50,748 bases of DNA from the NCBI GenBank assembly GCA_001797845.1, contig MGQN01000047.1:1-50748 (forward strand), read 5' to 3'. Positions within the stretch are counted from its first letter, which is position 1. Each line of letters opens with the position of its first letter. The notes under the pieces were generated by a model. It saw only the letters and a program-made list of their open reading frames with translations, had not been told where the DNA came from and searched no databases. This stretch comes from Deltaproteobacteria bacterium RBG_16_44_11. GTDB taxonomy: Bacteria > Desulfobacterota > Syntrophia > Syntrophales > Smithellaceae. Below are positions 39,916-49,745 of this stretch, piece after piece. The translations under genes and the position numbers were made by a program.

Positions 39916-41237
39916 TATTTAGCCTCCGCGTCCATACCCTTTTTTTCTGTTATCTTAATATTGGCATTTTGTTCAATAAAGTCAAATACCTTTTTTTGAA
40001 CTAATTCCACCTTAAGATTCTCCTTCTTTTCTTCATTTTCGTACGCTTTTTTCAATAATTCGCAATCTTTTCCATATTTTGCGGCTAATTCCTCGATATG
40101 CTTTTCTGCATCGCTGTCTTCAACTACTATTGATTCTTTTTGGGCAATTTTCTTTAAAAGTAAAAAAGATTTGACGGCTTTGGCCGCATCGTCTTTAAAT
40201 TTATCGTGCATCTTAAAGCTTAGTTCCAGCGCATTTTTTTCATCCATGCCGGCAGAAGTCATCCTTCTTTGAGTATCGGCCACCATATAAAAAATCTGCC
40301 GTTCGATAAGCGATGGCGGAGCCTCGAAATTATTTTCATTAAGTAAAAGCTCCGTAATTCTATTTTGCAGGTTTATTTCCGACATGCGTTGAGCTTCTTC
40401 TTCCAAAGATTTCTGGATATCATTTTTTAAATCTTCCAAAGAATTATATTTATCAAAGTTCTTGATAAAATCATTATTAAAGTCAGGTAATATTTTCTCT
40501 TTTAAGCTTTTTATTGTTACTTCAAAGGCAACTTCTTTACCGGCAAATTTCTTTTCATTGTAGTCTTTGGGAAAAATAACTTTAATCGTCTTTGCTTCCT
40601 CTTTTTTCATACCGATTAATTGCTCTTCAAACCCAGGAATGAATCTCTGTGAGCCTATTTCCAGAAAATAATTATTAGATTTCAACTCTTGTGGCGATTC
40701 TCCGTTGAAAGTTCCAATAAAATCAATAACGACAAAATTTCCCTTTTGCACGGATCGTTCCTCTACAACCTCTTCCATCGTCGCGAACATCTGCCTGATC
40801 TCGTTGATTTTTTTTTCCATATCAGCAGCCGTTACTGATATTATTTCTTTTTCTAATTCCATTCCTTTATAGCCTTTAGGATCAAAGTCCGGTTCCATTT
40901 CAAAAGAAGCGGAAAAAGAAAACTTAGTGTTTTCCTTTAATCCTTCCTGATTTATATCCGGCCGGGAAAGAGCGATTATTTTCTTTTCTTCCAACGTCTG
41001 CCAATAAAATTTATTGATTATATTATTAATTGTCTCCGTTTCCGCGTGTTCTTTGAAGTGCGTTTCCAGTACTTTACGGGGGATTTTACCCTGACGAAAA
41101 CCTTTAATTTTGGCCTTTTTACCGACTTCTCTGTACACGTTATCCAGTTCGCTTTTAACTTCAGCCCATGGTATTTCAAAAGATAACTTTTTCTTTACAG
41201 AACTTAGTTCTTCCATATTTATTACAACCTGACTCAC
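39915..41237 (-). CDS. tig: Trigger factor
   Basis: GFRQGKIP ribosome-binding signature, a central FKBP-like region, and position upstream of clpP-clpX-lon. Confidence 0.93.
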   Translation of the reverse strand: MSQVVINMEELSSVKKKLSFEIPWAEVKSELDNVYREVGKKAKIKGFRQGKIPRKVLETHFKEHAETETINNIINKFYWQTLEEKKIIALSRPDINQEGLKENTKFSFSASFEMEPDFDPKGYKGMELEKEIISVTAADMEKKINEIRQMFATMEEVVEERSVQKGNFVVIDFIGTFNGESPQELKSNNYFLEIGSQRFIPGFEEQLIGMKKEEAKTIKVIFPKDYNEKKFAGKEVAFEVTIKSLKEKILPDFNNDFIKNFDKYNSLEDLKNDIQKSLEEEAQRMSEINLQNRITELLLNENNFEAPPSLIERQIFYMVADTQRRMTSAGMDEKNALELSFKMHDKFKDDAAKAVKSFLLLKKIAQKESIVVEDSDAEKHIEELAAKYGKDCELLKKAYENEEKKENLKVELVQKKVFDFIEQNANIKITEKKGMDAEAK

Positions 41238-41285
41238 TATAACATCTCCTTCATCTTGAAATATTCATGATTCTTCTTTAAAGAT

Positions 41286-41372
41286 TGGTGCGAGAGAGGG
41301 GATTTGAACCCCTATCCGCTTAGGCGGGCTGGATCCTAAGTCCAGTGCGTCTTCCAATTCCGCCACTCTCGC
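41286..41372 (-). tRNA. tRNA-Leu (anticodon TAG), long variable arm, CCA encoded
   Basis: Minus strand GCGAGAGTGGCGGAATTGGAAGACGCACTGGACTTAGGATCCAGCCCGCCTAAGCGGATAGGGGTTCAAATCCCCTCTCTCGCACCA. Confidence 0.92.
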
Positions 41373-41572
41373 CTTGGATTTTATTGACTTATATGCACTA
41401 CACCTAAAAATGTCAACGCGGATTATTACGTGTGCGAACAAATAAAACGAGATATTTTAGATCATTTGTGACCTCATCTATTTGATTATACGCTTTTATG
41501 CACGAAAAAAGTCTTGATGGAAAATTATTCTTCTTAATGATCAATGATTTGTTTGATTACAATTATATTTTT

Positions 41573-41601
41573 TTGACTTTGCTTCGCATTCAATGTATTA
41601 A
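41573..41601 (+). promoter_or_regulatory. Candidate promoter TTGACT-17 nt-TATTAA for the two-component operon
   Basis: TTGACT at 41573-41578 and TATTAA at 41596-41601, about 45 nt upstream of ATG 41645. Confidence 0.35.
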
Positions 41602-41644
41602 ACATAACTAGTTAATTAAAAAAATAGGATATGCCTTTTCGCCT

Positions 41645-42637
41645 ATGAAAGATAAAGCTATCAGCATCCTCCTGATCGAAGATAACCCGGGTGATGCTAT
41701 ACTAATTCGTGAGCAACTCATGTATACCGATAATCAATTACAGCTTCATTGCTTTGATTTATTATCCAAAGGCCTCGAATTTCTTTCTTCTGAAAATATT
41801 GATGCTGTTTTGCTGGACCTGGGATTACCTGATAGCCAAGGTCTCAATACCATCGAACAAGTACGTGTTAAAAAACCTTCTATTCCGATAATAGTTTTAA
41901 CCGGCCTTGATGATGAAAATATCGCCATGGAAGCGGTGCACCGCGGAGCTCAAGATTATCTTATTAAAGGATCCACCACCGGCAGCATGTTATTCCGAGT
42001 TATTCGTTACGCTGTGGAAAGAAAAAGCGCTGAGGAAGAACTAAAAAATAGTTTAGAAAAATTAACCCGAGCTTTGCATGGCACGATAAAGGCCATGGCT
42101 ATGGCTGTGGCAATTAGAGATCCATATACTGCGGGGCACCAGAAACGCGGCGCGAATTTAGCTCGTGCTATAGCAGAAGAGATGAATCTTGATCCGAAAA
42201 TAATCGAAGGCATTCAGTTAGCCGGCATGATTCATGATATTGGCAAAATTTCCATTCCCGCTGAAATTCTTAGTAAACCTTCCTTACTTTCCAACTTGGA
42301 ACTTAGCTTGATAAGAATTCATCCACAGGTCGGATACGATATATTGAAAGAAATTGATTTTCCTTGGCCCATTGCCCAAACTGTTTTACAACATCATGAA
42401 AGAATCAATGGCAGCGGTTACCCTGCAGGATTAAAAAATGGTGAAATTTTATTGGAAGCTAAAGTTCTTGCCGTTGCTGATGTTGTAGAGGCAATAGCCT
42501 CGCATCGTCCCTACCGACCCGCTTATGAAACTGAAGAAGCTATGTCTGAAATTACCGAAAAGCAAGGCATTCTTTATGAACCGATCGTCGTGGAAAGTTG
42601 CTTAAAATTGTTTAAAGATAAAAAATATTCTTTTTAG
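41645..42637 (+). CDS. Response regulator with HD-GYP c-di-GMP phosphodiesterase output
   Basis: REC domain (LLIEDNPGD, AVLLDLGLPD), then HD (MIHDIGK) and GYP (HHERINGSGYP) motifs. Confidence 0.9.
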   Translation: MKDKAISILLIEDNPGDAILIREQLMYTDNQLQLHCFDLLSKGLEFLSSENIDAVLLDLGLPDSQGLNTIEQVRVKKPSIPIIVLTGLDDENIAMEAVHRGAQDYLIKGSTTGSMLFRVIRYAVERKSAEEELKNSLEKLTRALHGTIKAMAMAVAIRDPYTAGHQKRGANLARAIAEEMNLDPKIIEGIQLAGMIHDIGKISIPAEILSKPSLLSNLELSLIRIHPQVGYDILKEIDFPWPIAQTVLQHHERINGSGYPAGLKNGEILLEAKVLAVADVVEAIASHRPYRPAYETEEAMSEITEKQGILYEPIVVESCLKLFKDKKYSF

Positions 42638-42651
42638 TTAATTTTCGTCTT

Positions 42652-44586
42652 ATGGTTAAAAAACCAACATATGCTGAACTTTTAAAAATAATTGAACATC
42701 TGGAAAAAAAATGCGCCAAATATGCAGCAGTTGACGAACAATATCGCAACGCAGAAAGTATTTATCGGACTTTTTTCGAAAACAGCGGCGCGGCAACTAT
42801 AATTATTGAAGATGACTTGACCATTTCTTTTGCCAATAAGCAATTTGAAAATTTTTATGGAGCGGGAAAACAGGCCATTGAAGGAAAAATTAAATGGACC
42901 GATTTTGTTCATGAAGATGACTTGGAATTCATGAAGCATTATCATATCTTACGGCGAATTGATCCCCAAGCTGCGCCTGATCATTATGAATTTAGAATGA
43001 TTAATAAATTCAATCAAATGAAGTATATTGTCAGCACTGAAGCCGTTATTCCCGGTACGAAAAAAAGTATCGCATCTCTTATTGATATAACGGATCGAAA
43101 AATAGCCGAACAATCTCTTAATGAAAGTGAAGCCAAGTATCGCGCATTATTCGAATCCGCCAGCGATACGATTATTTTATTAGATCGCGAACGTATAATT
43201 GACTGCAATCAAAAAACACTGGAGATGTTTGGCTGTAGTCGTGAACAATTACTTTCCACGCCGCCGGAAAAATTTTGGCCGGAATTCCAGCCTGATGGCA
43301 CCTCTACTTTAGAGCTTATCAATGAACAATTTCAATCTGCCCTGCGTGGCAATACAACCACTTTTGAACTCAAATCTCTCCGTTACGATGGCTCTGTTTT
43401 TGACGCAGAAATGACATCTACGATCATTACATTAAGCGGAAAGAAGTATCTGCAGACAATCATCAGGGACATAACCGAGAGAAAAATCGTGGAAATCGCC
43501 TTAAAAGAAGGTGAGGCAAAATATCGGGCGTTAGTCGAATCGGCCGTTGATACTATCATCCTTATAGACAATGAAGTAATCGTCGATTTAAACTTGGCCA
43601 CATTAAAGATGTTTAGGGGCACGCGTGAACAACTTATCGGCCATAAGACATGGGACTTTATGCCGGAATTTCAGTCTGACGGTCTTCTTTCCAAGGATAT
43701 GGCCAAAGAAAAAATAAAGCAAGCCTTGAAAGGCGAAACGCTTTTTTTAGAATGGAGTTTTATCCGTTGCGATGGAAGCGCATTTGATGCGGAATTAACA
43801 TTTAATACTATCACTTTGAAAGGACAGAAATATTTTCAAGCTATAATTAGGGATATTACAGAACGTAAACATGCAGCGGAACAAATGAAAAAACTGACTC
43901 AAGAATTGGAACGTTCCAACACCGATCTCGCCCAATTCGCCTATGTCGCATCACACGACCTGCAGGAACCTCTGCGCATGGTCACGAGCTTTGTCCAGTT
44001 ACTGCAACACCGTTACCAAGGAAAACTGGATAAGGACGCTGATGAATTTATATCTTATGCCGTTGACGGCGCTTCCCAGATGCAGCGGTTAATTAACGAC
44101 CTTTTGAAATATTCACGTGTGGGTACGCATGGCAAAACGTTAGAACCAACCAACTGCAATATAGTGATTACCCATGCCATATCAAATTTAAGTAAGACTA
44201 TCAAAGAAGCTGACGCTATCATTAACATAGATCATTTGCCGACCATTTCCGCAGATTACACGCAACTGGTTCAACTCTTTCAAAATCTAATAGGTAACGC
44301 GATAAAATACCATGGCAAGAAGCAACCAGAAATTCTTATCCGTGCCACAAATAAAGGAGACAATTGGCTGTTTTCCGTGCGGGATAATGGTATCGGGATT
44401 GATAAAGATTATATTGACAAAATTTTTGTAATCTTTCAAAGATTGCACAATAAGTCTCAATACCCGGGCACGGGCATTGGTTTGTCCATATGTAAGAAAA
44501 TCGTGGAAAGGCATGGAGGACGTATCTGGGTGGAATCAAAACCGGGGCAAGGATCAACGTTTTATTTCACCATACCAAATAAATGA
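42652..44586 (+). CDS. Cytoplasmic 3xPAS sensor histidine kinase
   Basis: Three PAS modules (the last two are clear paralogues), H-box FAYVASHDLQEPLR, HATPase N/G boxes (NLIGNAIKYH, DNGIGI, GTGIGLSICK), and no TM segment. Confidence 0.92.
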   Translation: MVKKPTYAELLKIIEHLEKKCAKYAAVDEQYRNAESIYRTFFENSGAATIIIEDDLTISFANKQFENFYGAGKQAIEGKIKWTDFVHEDDLEFMKHYHILRRIDPQAAPDHYEFRMINKFNQMKYIVSTEAVIPGTKKSIASLIDITDRKIAEQSLNESEAKYRALFESASDTIILLDRERIIDCNQKTLEMFGCSREQLLSTPPEKFWPEFQPDGTSTLELINEQFQSALRGNTTTFELKSLRYDGSVFDAEMTSTIITLSGKKYLQTIIRDITERKIVEIALKEGEAKYRALVESAVDTIILIDNEVIVDLNLATLKMFRGTREQLIGHKTWDFMPEFQSDGLLSKDMAKEKIKQALKGETLFLEWSFIRCDGSAFDAELTFNTITLKGQKYFQAIIRDITERKHAAEQMKKLTQELERSNTDLAQFAYVASHDLQEPLRMVTSFVQLLQHRYQGKLDKDADEFISYAVDGASQMQRLINDLLKYSRVGTHGKTLEPTNCNIVITHAISNLSKTIKEADAIINIDHLPTISADYTQLVQLFQNLIGNAIKYHGKKQPEILIRATNKGDNWLFSVRDNGIGIDKDYIDKIFVIFQRLHNKSQYPGTGIGLSICKKIVERHGGRIWVESKPGQGSTFYFTIPNK

Positions 44587-44600
44587 TAGTATAAGGATTT

Positions 44601-45041
44601 ATGGTTAACGATAAACAACAAAAAATGTTTGATATTCTCCTTATTGAAGACAATCCAGGTGATGTTATCCTTATTAAGGAAGCTCTTAAAGAAGGTCAGG
44701 CTTTCAATAAACTGACGGTACTTGGAGATGGCGAAGCGGCTCTTTCTTTTTTGCGCAAAGAAGGAGAATACAAAAAGTCTGCCCGCCCTGACCTCGTCTT
44801 ACTTGATCTTAACATGCCGCGAAAAGACGGGCGGGATGTTCTTGCTGAGATTAAAACAAATCCGGAATTAAAGCACATTCCCGTTGTTATTCTTACCAGT
44901 TCTGAAGCGAAGCAAGATATCATCAACGCCTATAACTTGCAGGCGAATTGTTACATAACTAAACCTGTTGATTTAAAAAAGTTTTTTAGTGTAGTTAAAC
45001 TCATCGAAGATTTTTGGTTGAAAACAGTTAAACTTCCATAA
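44601..45041 (+). CDS. Single-domain response regulator (CheY/Rcp1-like)
   Basis: LLIEDNPGD, LVLLDLNMPRKDG and CYITKP motifs, with no output domain. Confidence 0.9.
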   Translation: MVNDKQQKMFDILLIEDNPGDVILIKEALKEGQAFNKLTVLGDGEAALSFLRKEGEYKKSARPDLVLLDLNMPRKDGRDVLAEIKTNPELKHIPVVILTSSEAKQDIINAYNLQANCYITKPVDLKKFFSVVKLIEDFWLKTVKLP

Positions 45042-45050
45042 AATATTTAA

Positions 45051-45947
45051 ATGTTTAATAAACCTATTAAAATACTTTTGTTTGAAGACAATCCCGGTGA
45101 TGCCCGGCTATTTTCTGAAACGATAAAAGAGATTCCTTCTCAGCGTTATGAAATCATCCATGTCAATTCGCTTTCCGCGGGGCTCACGGTTCTCAGCAAT
45201 AAAACCGTTGATATTATTCTGCTGGATTTAGGATTACCCGACAGTCAACATTTGGATACATTGGTTAAGTTAAAAACTCAAGTCTTGGGAGTTCCAATTG
45301 TTATTTTGACCGGTAATGACGATGAAGAAATCGCCCTGCGGGCTGTTCAACAAGGCGCTCAGGACTATCTTGTTAAGCAAAAAATAAAAGCGGATGTACT
45401 TTCGCGCGTTATTTGTTATTCAATTGAAAGACAAAAACTACAGGATGAACTACGCAGTCTGGCTTTAATTGACGACCTTACCGGCCTTTACAATCGCCGT
45501 GGTTTTTTCACTCTGGCTGAGCATCACTTGAAACTCGCCGAACGTATGCATAAAAACTTTTATTTAATCTTTTCCGACATTGATAACTTAAAGAAAATTA
45601 ATGATGACTTAGGCCATTCCCAGGGTGACCTTTTTCTAAAAAAGGCGGCGGAAATCTTGCGTTATTCATTCCGTGATTCAGATATCATTGCCCGTATAGG
45701 CGGAGATGAGTTTGTTGTTTTAATTCCTGAAACCACAGATTACAATGTAAAAAGCACTATTACCCGTTTTCAGGAAAATATAAATAAATATAATAAAAAA
45801 GAAAAAAAGAATCTTTCACTGAGTATAGGTATCTCTAATTTTTATCCTAATGGGAATTTATCTTTACAGGAATTGTTGGATAAAGCAGATAAAAATTTAT
45901 ATAAAGACAAAAAAAATAAGCGCTTAAAAAGCATCTTACCAAAATAA
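45051..45947 (+). CDS. Response regulator with GGDEF diguanylate cyclase output
   Basis: REC (LLFEDNPGD, IILLDLGLPD) plus GGDEF (RIGGDEF), with an RxxD I-site (RDSD) five residues upstream. Confidence 0.9.
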   Translation: MFNKPIKILLFEDNPGDARLFSETIKEIPSQRYEIIHVNSLSAGLTVLSNKTVDIILLDLGLPDSQHLDTLVKLKTQVLGVPIVILTGNDDEEIALRAVQQGAQDYLVKQKIKADVLSRVICYSIERQKLQDELRSLALIDDLTGLYNRRGFFTLAEHHLKLAERMHKNFYLIFSDIDNLKKINDDLGHSQGDLFLKKAAEILRYSFRDSDIIARIGGDEFVVLIPETTDYNVKSTITRFQENINKYNKKEKKNLSLSIGISNFYPNGNLSLQELLDKADKNLYKDKKNKRLKSILPK

Positions 45948-45962
45948 TTTGAAATATAAAAA

Positions 45963-46039
<77 letters not shown>

Positions 46040-46183
46040 ACATACCGTAAAGTGTTGAGGTCATTACCATCATCACAAAACCGTGTCAAGGGCAAATACT
46101 TTTTTGTATCTATCCCGCAATATAATTATCTGCTTTAAAGTTGGAGTTCGTGCAGATATTTTTGTACACCGCTGTAGTTTTTG

Positions 46184-47218
46184 TTAATTTTCTATATTTT
46201 TTAGTTTCTTTCCCCAGATGGGATGACGCCTCGCGGCAAGTCTCACGATACGGCTCCCCATCTGCCCATAACTGAAGCCGGCAATTTCTGCGGCGCCGGC
46301 CATACTGGCGTCAAAACTGATATCCGCATTGGGATTCACATCCAGAACATAAAAGATATCATCCCGATATCGGACATCAAAACGGGCGTAATCCCGGCAT
46401 CCCGCCGCACGATAGGCATCCTTGCATACCTTCTCTAGCGCTTTCATTTCTTTATCATCTAGCGGCGCCGGCAGCAACGTTGCGATCTTTTCGTAGTGTT
46501 CTGTCCCCGCGATAAATTTTGAATCATATGTACAAAGACGATCTTTGACATTTGTAAAAAAAGAAAAGTCCATTTCCGCGGGAGGAAGCATTTCCAGATG
46601 ATCATTGCCCCATACTGTAACATGAAATTCACGTCCATCGACAAAATCTTCCACCAGAACATGTTGCTTATAGCGATCCAGGATAACACTGATTATTTTT
46701 TCAAGCTCTTTCGGTGTCATTACAACGGAATCAGGTGTAATTCCTTCAGAGCAGTGTTCATTTACTGGTTTGACAATGGCAGGAAATTTGTCCCAGCCGC
46801 TTGATTTCGGATGATGAAATACCTGCCAGGCGGGAGTTGGCACTCCGGCTTTCTCAAGAATTATCTTCACACGATATTTGTCCTGGGCCAATGCCAGTGT
46901 TTTCGAGCCTGCGCCGGTAAATGTAAAACCGAGCATCTCCAACTTTTTGGCTACAAGCCACTCGCTATGATTAACTCCCGGAAGGCCTTCACACCAGTTA
47001 AAAACAATATGCTCAAGGGGGTGAAAAACTGCCAGCGGTGTCGTAATATCATCATCTTCTATGGAAACAAGAACAGTAGGATGACCTACATCAATCAAGG
47101 CATTGCCTAATTGCGTGGAAAGACTTATCACCTCTTTTTTCTCCTCTTTTTTCCAATTCGAATCAATATTGTATAATAATATTACCGGAATATTTCCGGG
47201 TTTGATATCCGCCGGCAC
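46184..47218 (-). CDS. ATP-grasp enzyme of the D-alanine--D-alanine ligase family (divergent N-terminus)
   Basis: Central and C-terminal Ddl-like blocks (FPAIVKPVNEHCSEGI, VLVEDFVDGREF, ARFDVRY...VLDVNPN). The GTG start is preceded by GGAGG. Confidence 0.7.
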   Translation of the reverse strand: MPADIKPGNIPVILLYNIDSNWKKEEKKEVISLSTQLGNALIDVGHPTVLVSIEDDDITTPLAVFHPLEHIVFNWCEGLPGVNHSEWLVAKKLEMLGFTFTGAGSKTLALAQDKYRVKIILEKAGVPTPAWQVFHHPKSSGWDKFPAIVKPVNEHCSEGITPDSVVMTPKELEKIISVILDRYKQHVLVEDFVDGREFHVTVWGNDHLEMLPPAEMDFSFFTNVKDRLCTYDSKFIAGTEHYEKIATLLPAPLDDKEMKALEKVCKDAYRAAGCRDYARFDVRYRDDIFYVLDVNPNADISFDASMAGAAEIAGFSYGQMGSRIVRLAARRHPIWGKKLKNIEN

Positions 47219-47283
47219 CCTTCACCTCCTCGAATTAAATTTTTCTTTAATCCCCTTATATCTGCGGCTTTTTTGATTCAAGT

Positions 47284-48633
47284 TCAAGTTGTGTTAAGAA
47301 TCAATGCCGCTATGAAGAAATAGGTGAGCAATCCGATAATATCCATAACCGAAGCAATGAGGGGATTGCTGGCCACGGCGGGATCGATATGAAAACGCTG
47401 TAGAACCAAAGGAAGAATGATACCCAATAAGCTGGAAATAATCACGATGGTGATCATGGAAAGAGACACGATTAAGGCAATTTGAGCTCCGCCTTTGAAA
47501 AAGCCGAGAAGCCAGCTGGCCAGACCCATCGTCAATCCCAGAAGAATACCGATGCCGATTTCTCTGAGAAACGCCCATATCCAATGTCCCTCGCGAATAT
47601 CCCCCGTGGCCAGAGCTCTAATCATCAGGGTAGCGGACTGGTTACCCGTATTGCCGCCGGTTCCAATCAGCAGAGGAATAAAAAAGGCCAGGGCGATTGC
47701 TGACGTTAAAACATCAGTCTGGGACGAGATTATGCCGGTAGTAATCACGCTGATGACCAAAAGAGCCGCCAACCAGATGACCCTTTTGCCATAAAGCGAT
47801 AATGCTGATGATTCGCGATAGCTTGTCTTGAGCGGGTTCACCGCGGCGGATTTCTGAAAATCTTCCGTCACTTCTTCTTCGGCCACGTCGAATAAGTCGT
47901 CAATAGTTATTATACCCAGGAGAATACCGTTGGCATCAACAACGGGCAGGGCCACAACATCGTAACGCTTGATTAACGGTACCGCCTTTTCCCGGTCTGC
48001 AAAAGCGGATACACTGATCACGGAGGCATCCATAATCTGTTCGATACGCTCGCCTGTTTTGGCAAGAATTAGCCTTCTGAGGCTGAGAACCCCAATAAGG
48101 TGCCATTGCTGATCGGTAACGTAAATAAGATTGGTTGTTTCGCTGTCCAAACCCTTAAAACGAATATGGGCGAGGGCTTCCTCAACCGTCCATTCGGGGC
48201 GGATAGCAACATAATCGGGCGTCATGAGACGCCCGACACTTTCTTCAGGATAGCCGAGCAGCTGCAGGGCTTCTTTTCTATCCTCGGCAGACAAAAGGTT
48301 GAGCATTTTCTGGATTGCCTGGCCGGGGAGTTCCTCAAGAAATTCCGTCCGATCGTCAGGGGGCATACCCGCCAGGATTACACGCGTTTCGTCAATAGTG
48401 ATAGACTTAAGAACGTCTTGCTTTCGTTTGGCATCAAGATATGAAAATACCTCGGACAACATGCTTTTGGGCAACAGCCGCAAAACAACGATGCGTTTCG
48501 AATCATCTATCTCTTCAAGTAAGTCGGAAATATCCGGAGCGGGAATCTCCAGGAGCAGTTCCCGTAATTCCAGCCAATTCTGCTCATCGAGCAGTTCTCT
48601 TATTTCCGGTAAAAACAGTTTAAGCAATTGCAT
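47284..48633 (-). CDS. mgtE: Magnesium transporter MgtE
   Basis: MgtE N-domain, CBS pair and a five-TM C-terminal domain (GNTGNQSATL). Confidence 0.93.
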   Translation of the reverse strand: MQLLKLFLPEIRELLDEQNWLELRELLLEIPAPDISDLLEEIDDSKRIVVLRLLPKSMLSEVFSYLDAKRKQDVLKSITIDETRVILAGMPPDDRTEFLEELPGQAIQKMLNLLSAEDRKEALQLLGYPEESVGRLMTPDYVAIRPEWTVEEALAHIRFKGLDSETTNLIYVTDQQWHLIGVLSLRRLILAKTGERIEQIMDASVISVSAFADREKAVPLIKRYDVVALPVVDANGILLGIITIDDLFDVAEEEVTEDFQKSAAVNPLKTSYRESSALSLYGKRVIWLAALLVISVITTGIISSQTDVLTSAIALAFFIPLLIGTGGNTGNQSATLMIRALATGDIREGHWIWAFLREIGIGILLGLTMGLASWLLGFFKGGAQIALIVSLSMITIVIISSLLGIILPLVLQRFHIDPAVASNPLIASVMDIIGLLTYFFIAALILNTT

Positions 48634-48801
48634 GGTTGTTACCCATAGCTTTGCACATTATCCTTGCGTGTAAAGACATCACCGCTTACCAGAAACAGAA
48701 CATTTTATTATTCTAGATTCTTCTTCCAAAGGCATCGTACGTTTATTTCACTTTTATTGTATTGCCTTTATCTCTGGCTTCAATTAACTTGCTTTATCGG
48801 C

Positions 48802-48829
48802 ATTATAAAGATAATTTTTGATTTGTCCA
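48802..48829 (-). promoter_or_regulatory. Candidate promoter TGGACA-16 nt-TATAAT for mgtE, giving a ~160-nt leader
   Basis: Minus strand TGGACA at 48829-48824 and TATAAT at 48807-48802. Confidence 0.4.
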
Positions 48830-49100
48830 TTCTTGTTTTTTCAAGAAAGATCATTTTACTTATATTTCACAGCACCTTTGTTTTCGTTTTCGAAATAACA
48901 CAATTGCACCTGCTTCAACCACGGGAATAATTGTTTTATGCCTTTCCTTGAGCTGAATGGTCAGAGGTTAAAGTATATGAGTGGGTGAGCAGGTAACAAT
49001 CACGGCGTCAAAAGTTACCTTCTTCCGCCGGATCATTAGGTAGTGCATATCAGGCAAAAAAAATAATATTAAAATTTATTTTCGATTTTTTCCAACGCTA

Positions 49101-49742
49101 TTATTTGATGCCCAGAATTTTATGCAACTGTAGACCCAGCCGCCACTGCGGATGAGCAAGAACATATTCCAAAGTCTTTCTGGCAGTCTCCTTATAATCA
49201 GGACTATCCAACGGTTGTAAAAAGAAATACTTAAAATCAAGATCTATGTATTCCTCCGGTTCTGCCCCCGGCTGCGGATAAACAAGCTTCAATTCATGTC
49301 CGCAATCTTGCACCAGTTCAGCGCCTGCTTTAGGACTAACACAAATCCAGTCAATTCCCGGCGGTGCTACGATGGTGCCATTGGTCTCCACAGCAATTTC
49401 AAAACTTTCTTTGTGCAGAGCCGCAATTAACTTCTCATCTAGTTGAAGTAAAGGCTCCCCTCCGGTACACACAACAAAAGGATGAGCGAATTTATCATTT
49501 TTTCCCGTCCATAACTGCACTATTTTCTCAGCAAGGTCAGCGGCATTTTCATAAACTCCTCCTTCGCTACCGTCGATTCCTGCAAAATTAGTATCACAGA
49601 ATTTGCAAATTGTTTTTTGACGATCAGCTTCTTTGCCCGACCACAAATTGCAGGCGGCAAAACGGCAAAATACCGCCGGACGACCGCTGTGATAGCCTTC
49701 CCCCTGAAGCGAGTAAAATATTTCCTTGACTCGATAGCTCAA
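49101..49742 (-). CDS. queE: 7-carboxy-7-deazaguanine synthase QueE (radical SAM, CX14CX2C type)
   Basis: EIFYSLQGEGYHSGRPAVFCRFAACNLWSG...ICKFCDT. Confidence 0.92.
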   Translation of the reverse strand: MSYRVKEIFYSLQGEGYHSGRPAVFCRFAACNLWSGKEADRQKTICKFCDTNFAGIDGSEGGVYENAADLAEKIVQLWTGKNDKFAHPFVVCTGGEPLLQLDEKLIAALHKESFEIAVETNGTIVAPPGIDWICVSPKAGAELVQDCGHELKLVYPQPGAEPEEYIDLDFKYFFLQPLDSPDYKETARKTLEYVLAHPQWRLGLQLHKILGIK

Positions 49743-49745
49743 TCT

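Noticed and set aside
48664-48930. 88-aa plus-strand ORF in the mgtE upstream spacer
   Set aside because: It is a Phe/Leu/Ile-rich translation of AT-rich DNA with no SD, it is antisense to the predicted mgtE leader, and it has no recognisable domain.
48961-49040. M-box-like GGGTGAGCAGG…hairpin (GGTAAC…GTTACC) in the mgtE upstream spacer
   Set aside because: The resemblance is on the plus strand, antisense to mgtE, and is limited to a GGTGAG hexamer plus a generic stem.
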